DNA of 64,000 nucleotides from an uncultured Gammaproteobacteria bacterium (GTDB lineage Bacteria; Patescibacteriota; Patescibacteriia; Magasanikbacterales; GWA2-37-8): NCBI GenBank assembly GCA_964596525.1, contig CAZQUL010000001.1, positions 396,830 to 460,829 of the forward strand, read 5' to 3'. Shown piece by piece: positions 58,013 to 64,000 of this stretch (position 1 is its first letter; each line of letters starts with the position of its first letter). The notes under the pieces were generated by a model. It saw only the letters and a program-made list of their open reading frames with translations, ran no database searches and was not told where the DNA came from. The position numbers and the translations under genes were made by a program.

Positions 58013-58548
58013 TCAGCCTTCGTGTGCCACGAAAGCGAGCACCTGGCATTCACTACCCATGTCTCCCCTAAAGGGAGCGAGAACGTGGCCATAGTGCGCG
58101 ATGTGGTTCGGGCTCGAACGCAACAGGAGGCATTCCAGCGTGCAGCTGAAATTAAACGTTTGATGGCGGTCGCGGAACGAAACAAATCGCCGGATCATCT
58201 TTTCTACGTACATGCCAGGCCGGAGTTCCGCCCCTTTTGGTGTATCAAATTCTTCGGCGGCGAGCCATGTGATAAGATAGGTTTGCCACGTCCCGTGCGT
58301 GATAATCCTGATGTTATCGCGCCTGAGCGGCTGGGTAGAATGATCGGTACCTGGAAAGAGAATCAGCGGTTGTTCGTTCGAAGGAGAAGATTCGTGCCGC
58401 AGGCGCTCCACTTCGGTTTGGGGTACGGGAAATACCCGTAGATTGTGTACGCGCGGATCGCTCCCGACCGGAGACTGCGGTTTGGGATCGCTCGTGTCCA
58501 AGCCGGGCAGGACCTCGAGATGAGGACGGTTAAAACGTCGCCAGTTCA
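58013..58548 (-). CDS. hypothetical protein (strand call uncertain)
   Basis: ATG at 58546-58548 preceded by a perfect GGAGGT SD. Co-directional with csp. An overlapping + strand ORF (about 58083..58441, GTG start with AGGGAG) cannot be excluded. No motif. Confidence 0.35.
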
Positions 58549-58609
58549 TGGGTAACCTCCGGTTTCCTAATTCGTGTTCTACAACCCTTTCGGGTAAAAT
58601 GCAAGTTCT

Positions 58610-59575
58610 ATGATTATTTTTGTACGCGGTGAAGATGTGCGGCGCGCGGAACGATTCGTTGCCGAACAAATTACGCGGTTTCGTGAAAAACGCGATCCGG
58701 CGGGGTACAACACTACCATACTTGATGCTAAAGACGCTTCCGAAGAAGCGCTGCGTTCCGCTGTTACGGCCAGCCCTTTTTTGGCGGATAAGCGTTTGGT
58801 AGTAATTAAAAATCCTCTCAGCGCGAGCCGTGAGATGATACGCCTGGTGCAAGATTTTGCCGAAAAAGGCGTGCCGGCAACCGCGGTTGTAATTGTTTGG
58901 CAGGTCGCAGCGCTTGCGCGGTTTAAAGAGGTGCAAGAAACGGCCAAGCTTCTTGGTCAAGGGCAGTATGTTTATGATTTTAATCCCTTGGTCGGGTTGG
59001 AGCTTGAACGCTGGGTCCAAGAAGAAATCAAGCGGCGCGGCGGCACCGGCATCGAGCCTGCGGCTTTGCGCGACCTTATGAAAGCCGGTATGGACGTCGA
59101 TTTCATCGATACAGCGCTTGACCAAATGATCGCGCATGCCGGGGGCGCTGTGATCCGTCCGGCCACCGTTACCCTTTTTATCACTAGCGCAGTTAACGAA
59201 ACGGTGTTTCAGGCTTTGGATGCATGGTTTGCCGGAAATAGCAGCCGTGCACTTGCACTTCTTGAAGCGCGCCGCGAGGCCGGTGATGAAGATGAGCAGA
59301 TTCTCGGTTCGATCATTTGGGGTGTGCGCACCCTTCTTCAGATAGCCGGTTTTTTGCAGAAGTACCCTGTGTCCACCTCCGAAGACATGGCGCGCGATCT
59401 TAAAATTAACCCTTTTGTGGTCAAAAAAAACCGCCCTATCGCCGAACGGCTCGGATTTTCGCGGTGTGCTGCTATTGTTGCGGAGGTAGCTGCGCTTGAT
59501 GAGGCGGTCAAGACTGGCCGTATCACTGCCGGTCTCGCCGTCGACCGTTTAGTTGCTGCCAATCCTTTTAAGTAA
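58610..59575 (+). CDS. holA: DNA polymerase III delta subunit
   Basis: 321 aa. Delta N-terminal and C-terminal domain pattern (LVVIKNP, LLEARREAGD.., FVVKKNR). Confidence 0.7.
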   Translation: MIIFVRGEDVRRAERFVAEQITRFREKRDPAGYNTTILDAKDASEEALRSAVTASPFLADKRLVVIKNPLSASREMIRLVQDFAEKGVPATAVVIVWQVAALARFKEVQETAKLLGQGQYVYDFNPLVGLELERWVQEEIKRRGGTGIEPAALRDLMKAGMDVDFIDTALDQMIAHAGGAVIRPATVTLFITSAVNETVFQALDAWFAGNSSRALALLEARREAGDEDEQILGSIIWGVRTLLQIAGFLQKYPVSTSEDMARDLKINPFVVKKNRPIAERLGFSRCAAIVAEVAALDEAVKTGRITAGLAVDRLVAANPFK

Positions 59576-59621
59576 AACAAAACCACCTGGGCAGTACCCG
59601 GGTGGTTGTGCGGCGCGCCGC

Positions 59622-59876
59622 TTACTTCATGGCGTGCACTTTTTTCATGAGGCGGGAAAGCTTACGAGCAGCAGTATTTTTTTTGATTGTACCGTGCTTG
59701 GCAGCTTTATCGAGCGCCTGCTGGGCGAGGCGAACGGTTTCGAGAGCGGTTTTTTTGCTGCCCTCCCGGACGGTTTTCTTGATGGCTTCGCGGAAAGCGT
59801 CTTTGCGGGCCTTGTTAAGGGCAGCGCGTTTGGCATTCTGGCGCAAAGCTTTTTTGGCGTTAGCTTTATTTGGCAT
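59622..59876 (-). CDS. rpsT: 30S ribosomal protein S20
   Basis: MPNKANAKKALRQNAKRAALNKARKD... canonical bS20. Confidence 0.9.
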   Translation of the reverse strand: MPNKANAKKALRQNAKRAALNKARKDAFREAIKKTVREGSKKTALETVRLAQQALDKAAKHGTIKKNTAARKLSRLMKKVHAMK

Positions 59877-59925
59877 AAGAGAAAATAATCAATACCGGTG
59901 CCGAGAGCGTGGTACCCGTATTTTG

Positions 59926-59997
59926 TACCGCCAACGGGAATCGAACCCGTATTACCACATTGAAAGCGTGGTGTCCTAGCCACTAGACGATGGCGGC
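59926..59997 (-). tRNA. tRNA-Glu (UUC)
   Basis: Hand-folded: GCCGCCA acceptor, D-arm GTCT/GGAC, anticodon loop CUUUCAA, T-arm ACGGG-TTCGATT-CCCGT. Confidence 0.75.
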
Positions 59998-60285
59998 AAG
60001 CTTTTTGTGAAACTAGAATATATTTCTATCAGAGTGCGGGGTGGAAGTCAAGTTTTGGGTTGGGGAAGAGGGGATTAGGGACTAGTGATGAGGAATTTAG
60101 TCAAACTAATCTTAATTTATAAAATTTTGCTGAATTTCCTTATTCTTATCCACACAAAACCCTTTACACCTTTTTTGAATGAAGTACTCTTGGTCGCACG
60201 AGGGGTGAGCTGTCGTGCGCGTCGACAGTTTTTTGTTCCTCTGAAACGCAATCTTTTTAGTTGGAGATTGAAAAAAGGAGTCCCC

Positions 60286-61383
60286 ATGACCACTCTCAGG
60301 TCGTTCCTTGTTGAAGGTCAATCGTCAAAGTCGGTGGTGGTCGCACCCCCACTTCCCAGTGAACATCGCTCTTTTTGGCCCGTTGCTAATAAGGAGATAC
60401 TTTGGGGTTGGAAAAGAGATGCTCAATGTCAAAGCCGAGTTGTCTATTTTTCAGGTCGTCTAGAAATGCTTGAACAAGGTATTTCGGTCGCTGATAGCTT
60501 TTTCTTTTATCAGCACAAGACCAATCGATTGGCTGCGGACCTGCTTGGTGCCCAGCTTACAGCGGCTATTGCTGGTATCAAAGATTTTTTGGCCCAACGT
60601 CGTCTTGAGGTCAAAAGTCTTGATAGATCCTCAAGTATTGTTAGGTTTAAATTTGGAGTGCCTCGCACTTTGGATTTGGACCGTGTCACTCGACTCCTAA
60701 TGCGCCGTCCCCGGAGGAAGGCGCAAACGTCAACCCTTCCTTCGACAGAACCTGTCGTTGAAGCAGTTGTGGATCTGTTGCCTGCAGACGTATATCTTGG
60801 TTCGGGTGTATCCTATGAAGCAGGGTTGCCCACCCTCTGTGAAGTCCATGATTATTTTTGTCTTGATAACAGGGCAGAAACAGGATTCACCTTCGGTGTT
60901 GCGGATGAACTGCCTGCATGGTTAGAAAAGAATCCGTTGGCCGTACTCAAGAATTTCTGTTCTCTCCACACCAAGGCACTCGTTGCTCCCCCTACGCCTG
61001 CGCAACGTTTTGTTGCCGAGTTGTGGAGTAAGGGTCTTGTTAGACAAGTTCTTAGTGATAACGTAGATAACTTGTTATGCAAGGTCAATGTTCCTTTTGA
61101 GAGAACTCGAGGAAGCGGGGTCTTTAACGAACGTTTCCCCGTTCGTTTTCTCACCAGGGCACTGCTAGTTGTTGGAGTAGCTGCGGATCGAAGAGAAATA
61201 ATCCGACAGGCTCGTGGCAAACGGATGCAGGTGATAGTAGTCGATCCTTGCGCTAAAGTTTCCCACGGTGTGCAGCATCTGAACTTCCTAAGGTCAGGCG
61301 ATGTGTTTTTCCGCCTTACTGCCGAACAGTTCTTTGGCAGGCTGTATAATGCTCTTAGGGCTAGGAGCGGTTATGGAGTCTGA
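60286..61383 (+). CDS. divergent SIR2-like (DHS-like NAD-binding fold) protein with an unknown N-terminal domain
   Basis: AAGGAG SD then ATG. VYLGSGVSYEAGLPTL matches the Sir2 GAGIS..GIP.F Rossmann motif. PTPAQRFVAELWSKGLVRQVLSDNVDNLL matches P.aH..la.L...G.l..viTQNIDgL. No Zn-ribbon Cys4 and no catalytic HG. Confidence 0.5.
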   Translation: MTTLRSFLVEGQSSKSVVVAPPLPSEHRSFWPVANKEILWGWKRDAQCQSRVVYFSGRLEMLEQGISVADSFFFYQHKTNRLAADLLGAQLTAAIAGIKDFLAQRRLEVKSLDRSSSIVRFKFGVPRTLDLDRVTRLLMRRPRRKAQTSTLPSTEPVVEAVVDLLPADVYLGSGVSYEAGLPTLCEVHDYFCLDNRAETGFTFGVADELPAWLEKNPLAVLKNFCSLHTKALVAPPTPAQRFVAELWSKGLVRQVLSDNVDNLLCKVNVPFERTRGSGVFNERFPVRFLTRALLVVGVAADRREIIRQARGKRMQVIVVDPCAKVSHGVQHLNFLRSGDVFFRLTAEQFFGRLYNALRARSGYGV

Positions 61384-61906
61384 GCTTCGCGCCTTCCGAA
61401 ACAACTATCGAACGGCTCGCAGTCGTCTCTTGTCGGACATTGATGGTCTAACCGTGGAAGCTCTAGACTGGCAAATCACCCCGGGCCTAATTACAATTGG
61501 CACATCCCTCCTTCACATCATTGGCTTTGAGCGCATGCTTATTGCCGCTGTTGAGGGTTGCGATGTCCGACTGATAATAAAGCAACCGGAGTGGCTGGTA
61601 TTTGCCCCAGGTTTCCGTCGCCTGCTTCCCACCTCCCATCCAACCTCGTTCCCGCTTAGCTTTTATGTCGATTTGCTAACTAAGCAGGAACAGATAACCT
61701 GGAATTTTCTTGGGAAAATGTCGGATAGAATTATGAGTGCACGCTCAAAATTCTATGCCGATAATAAGCTGTTTCAGGATAGTGGGCTTGAAGACAGAGA
61801 GAATCGACAGCTGCTGAGTGCTTTATTGCAACACGAGCAGTACCATCGTGGGCAAATTACGCTCCTTAAGTACCTGTTCCTTCGTGCAACAGAAAAAAGT
61901 TCCTAA
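61373..61906 (+). CDS. DinB/YfiT-like (DUF664) four-helix-bundle metalloprotein
   Basis: Start MESELRAF overlaps the upstream stop by 11 nt (AGGAG SD inside the upstream gene). C-terminal HEQYHRGQI motif. Confidence 0.5.
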   Translation: MESELRAFRNNYRTARSRLLSDIDGLTVEALDWQITPGLITIGTSLLHIIGFERMLIAAVEGCDVRLIIKQPEWLVFAPGFRRLLPTSHPTSFPLSFYVDLLTKQEQITWNFLGKMSDRIMSARSKFYADNKLFQDSGLEDRENRQLLSALLQHEQYHRGQITLLKYLFLRATEKSS

Positions 61907-61950
61907 TAGGCCATCTTGCCTGGTTTGTGCCAGATTGCCTTTTCTAAAAT

Positions 61951-62829
61951 ATGTCCCCTTCACCCGCTCGTACCATCCTCATTCTCGGTGCCTCAAGTTG
62001 GATTGGTCATTATCTGACAGGTGAATTGCATACCATAACGACCGATATCCCGGTTAAAATTATCGGGACTTTCTGCGCCAATAAACCGGCGAAACCGGAT
62101 GACGTATTTCCATTTGATTTTCGAGCTCCGGCTTCCTTATTTTCTTTTCTTGCTGATAGTAGGCCTGATATAGTCATAAATCTCCTGGGAGGTGTTGACG
62201 AATCTTTGTTTCAGTTCAACAGGAAGCTTGCAGGCATCCTGGCGGAAAATGATTCGCATCATGTTTTTATGTCTTCATCCATGGTTTTCGATGGCAGAGC
62301 GAATCAGCCGCATACCGAAACGGACGTTACGCAAGGGAAAAGTGATTATGGCGTTTTTAAAGCCCGCTGTGAAGAAGTAGTGCGGTCGGTAGCCGGGGAT
62401 TATTCTATTGTCCGTATTTCTGCTGTTCACGGATTTGCACCGAACAAAATTTCCAGAACCGAGCGTTTCCTTAAACGATTGGCTCAAAACGAAATTATCG
62501 AAGTAGATAGCGGAGTTTTTCAAAATAGATTGTCCATAGCTCAGATGTCTAAAATGCTTGCGGCTCTTGTTATTACTTCGGCTCAAGGTATTTTCCACCT
62601 GGGCACTAGTGATCAGAGTGAGGAGATAGATTTTTTAGGAAGGATGGCGGAAATTTTTGGTTATTCGCGCACTCAACTAGTAGTTAAACCCGCGCCGGCG
62701 AAGTATCTGACGGTTATCCCGAATAATATTTTTAACGTGGTAGGGGATGGTTTTAAACGAACAGAACTCGATACGCTCCATGAAATTAGAGCCTTGCCGG
62801 AATTTCAAAAATACAAACGCACGGTTTAG
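61951..62829 (+). CDS. SDR-family NAD(P)-binding protein (RmlD/dTDP-4-dehydrorhamnose reductase-like)
   Basis: ILILGASSWIGHYL Rossmann motif. Approximately 290 aa, typical of RmlD-like reductases. Confidence 0.55.
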   Translation: MSPSPARTILILGASSWIGHYLTGELHTITTDIPVKIIGTFCANKPAKPDDVFPFDFRAPASLFSFLADSRPDIVINLLGGVDESLFQFNRKLAGILAENDSHHVFMSSSMVFDGRANQPHTETDVTQGKSDYGVFKARCEEVVRSVAGDYSIVRISAVHGFAPNKISRTERFLKRLAQNEIIEVDSGVFQNRLSIAQMSKMLAALVITSAQGIFHLGTSDQSEEIDFLGRMAEIFGYSRTQLVVKPAPAKYLTVIPNNIFNVVGDGFKRTELDTLHEIRALPEFQKYKRTV

Positions 62830-62840
62830 ATAGAGCCTCC

Positions 62841-62923
62841 GTCATTGCGAGCCTGCCTACCGCAGGCAGGCTTGTCTGTCGTTAGACAGGGAGGGACCCG
62901 CCGCGGTGGGTTCTCGCAATGAC
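62841..62923 (+). mobile_element. 83-nt palindromic element, copy 3 (variant core, same TIRs)
   Basis: CGTCATTGCGAG...CTCGCAATGAC termini. Three internal hairpins (GCCTGCCTACCGCAGGCAGGC, GTCTGTCGTTAGACAGG, ACCCGCCGCGGTGGGT). Confidence 0.6.
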
Positions 62924-63323
62924 AAAGGTTTTGTCTGAAGTAGTAGGCAGATGCCAACTTGTCCACTGCCATTTTCTTGACACTATCGCCAAAATTTTGT
63001 ATTACACCTCTACCTTTACCCCGTGGCACGTACTCTCCGGCGCGATTATCGCCCGGCGGGTTCGTCAACAAAGCAGAGTCAAAAACGCAAGGAAGCTCGC
63101 TTTGGCCACCTAATTTCCCTTCGGATGTCGTCCTTGCTTGCCCAAAGGTAACGAATACAAACCGCTCACCCCCGGTTTTAGTTTTGTTTTATTTCAGGTT
63201 GTGGGATGGAAAGGCGGGTGGTTAAAGGAATGGCAGAATAGTTGCGGCGTATGAAGTAGGTTTTTATCGCTAAAAAGCGATGAGCACGTACTTTATACGC
63301 TAACCTTAAACGGTGTTCTTCGT

Positions 63324-64000
63324 ATGCCATCACCTACGTTTAAAAAGCAGTATCGACCGCATTTGGAGCGGAAGTATTTCACCAAACCGCCGGCCATCCC
63401 GTTGCCGGATTTGATCGAACTCCAGAAGGATTCGTATGCCTGGTTTTTAAAGACCGGCATTAAAGAACTCTTCGATGAAGTGTCGCCGATGACCGATTTC
63501 TCGGGCCGCGACCTTGAACTTTCACTCGAGAACTACTATTTAGACGAACCTCGTTTCGACGAAGTGACCTGCCGCGAACGCAACATCACTTTTGAGGCCC
63601 CGCTGCGCGTCAGTGCCCGTTTGTACAACAAGCGCACCAAGCAATCCAAAACCCAAGAAATCTACTTGGGTGATTTGCCGCTCATGACCGCACGCGGCAC
63701 GTTTGTCATTAATGGTATCGAACGCGTCGTTGTTACCCAGTTTATCCGCAGTGCCGGCGCCTTCTTTATGGCCGAAACCGTCCGCGGCCGCCGTTTCTAC
63801 GGTGCCAAGATCATTCCGAACCGTGGCGCCTGGATCGAAGTGGAAACCGATCAGAACAACGTGCTCTGGATTAAAGTCGACCGTAAACGCAAGGTGGCGG
63901 CCACGTCGCTTTTGCGCGCTTTTGGCTACGAGTCCGACGAGCAGATCAAAGAACTCTTCAAAGACGTCAACACTCATCCCAATATCGATTACGTCGAAGC
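63324..64000 (+). CDS. rpoB: DNA-directed RNA polymerase beta subunit, N-terminal part (runs off the window end)
   Basis: MPSPTFKKQYRPHLERKYFTKPPAIPLPDLIELQKDSYAWFL...GTFVINGIERVVVTQ is canonical RpoB. Absent from the ORF track because no stop lies in the window. Confidence 0.85.
   Translation, partial: MPSPTFKKQYRPHLERKYFTKPPAIPLPDLIELQKDSYAWFLKTGIKELFDEVSPMTDFSGRDLELSLENYYLDEPRFDEVTCRERNITFEAPLRVSARLYNKRTKQSKTQEIYLGDLPLMTARGTFVINGIERVVVTQFIRSAGAFFMAETVRGRRFYGAKIIPNRGAWIEVETDQNNVLWIKVDRKRKVAATSLLRAFGYESDEQIKELFKDVNTHPNIDYVE

Noticed and set aside
58013-59137. 374-aa minus-strand ORF in the ORF track
   Set aside because: From 58610 upward it runs antisense through a well-supported holA gene. 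Only the part 58013-58548 downstream of an internal SD and ATG is a plausible gene.
59926-60100. tRNA-Glu as an integration site for the low-GC island
   Set aside because: The island lies at the 5' side of the tRNA gene, not at its 3' end where tyrosine integrases normally act. No integrase or direct repeat of the tRNA 3' end was seen. The island is therefore called only by composition.
60085-60285. N-terminal extension of the SIR2-like ORF (MMRNLVKLILIYKILLNF...)
   Set aside because: AT-rich, with a terminator-like hairpin plus T6 (60207-60236) inside it. A strong AAGGAG SD precedes the internal ATG at 60286, which is the more likely start.

Overview
The window reads as a gene-dense bacterial chromosome of about 55% GC. 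I could not confirm the lineage. A small-genome, CPR/Patescibacteria-like organism is my guess, based on a eukaryote/archaeal-type (type 2) IleS, a lemA-htpX module, many short secreted proteins and sparse metabolism. Most of the window is housekeeping. Translation and tRNA genes: pheS-pheT, ileS, rpsT, RluA, two rRNA/tRNA methyltransferases, and tRNA-Gly(UCC), tRNA-Met (initiator-like), tRNA-Gly(GCC), tRNA-Glu(UUC). Replication and repair: dnaE, holA, ruvC-yebC, recG 5' end, a UvrD-like helicase. Sugar metabolism: rpiB, rpe, a PfkB kinase, PGM/PMM, a glycoside hydrolase. Envelope and stress: RseP, LemA, HtpX, an ECF sigma/anti-sigma pair, CapA, an M15-like lipoprotein. The rpoB 5' end sits at the window end. 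Several things are not ordinary. (1) A family of about 83-117 nt palindromic elements with conserved terminal inverted repeats GTCATTGCGAG...CTCGCAATGAC. One copy is inserted in frame (39 codons) inside ileS, a near-identical copy lies in the ileS leader, and a third variant lies downstream of an SDR gene. This resembles Rickettsia palindromic elements. (2) A lower-GC three-gene island between tRNA-Glu and rpoB encodes a divergent SIR2-like protein translationally coupled to a DinB/DUF664-like protein, plus an RmlD-like SDR protein. (3) Three tandem paralogous cysteine-rich secreted proteins share a C-x-K-x-x-GG-[FY]-C / W-x-C-[IL]-P module, with a probable decayed copy next to them. (4) A sucC / P-loop ATPase / Nudix / sucD / Nudix / short citrate-synthase homologue array suggests a split ATP-citrate-lyase-like system (citryl-CoA synthetase plus citryl-CoA lyase). 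(5) A 900-aa protein has a C-terminal CHAT/caspase-like His-Cys dyad. (6) A free-standing archaeal-type ThrRS editing-domain homologue is present. (7) An 836-aa surface protein has four roughly 94-aa FN3-like tandem repeats and a C-terminal peptidoglycan-binding domain. No CRISPR array, integrase or transposase was seen.
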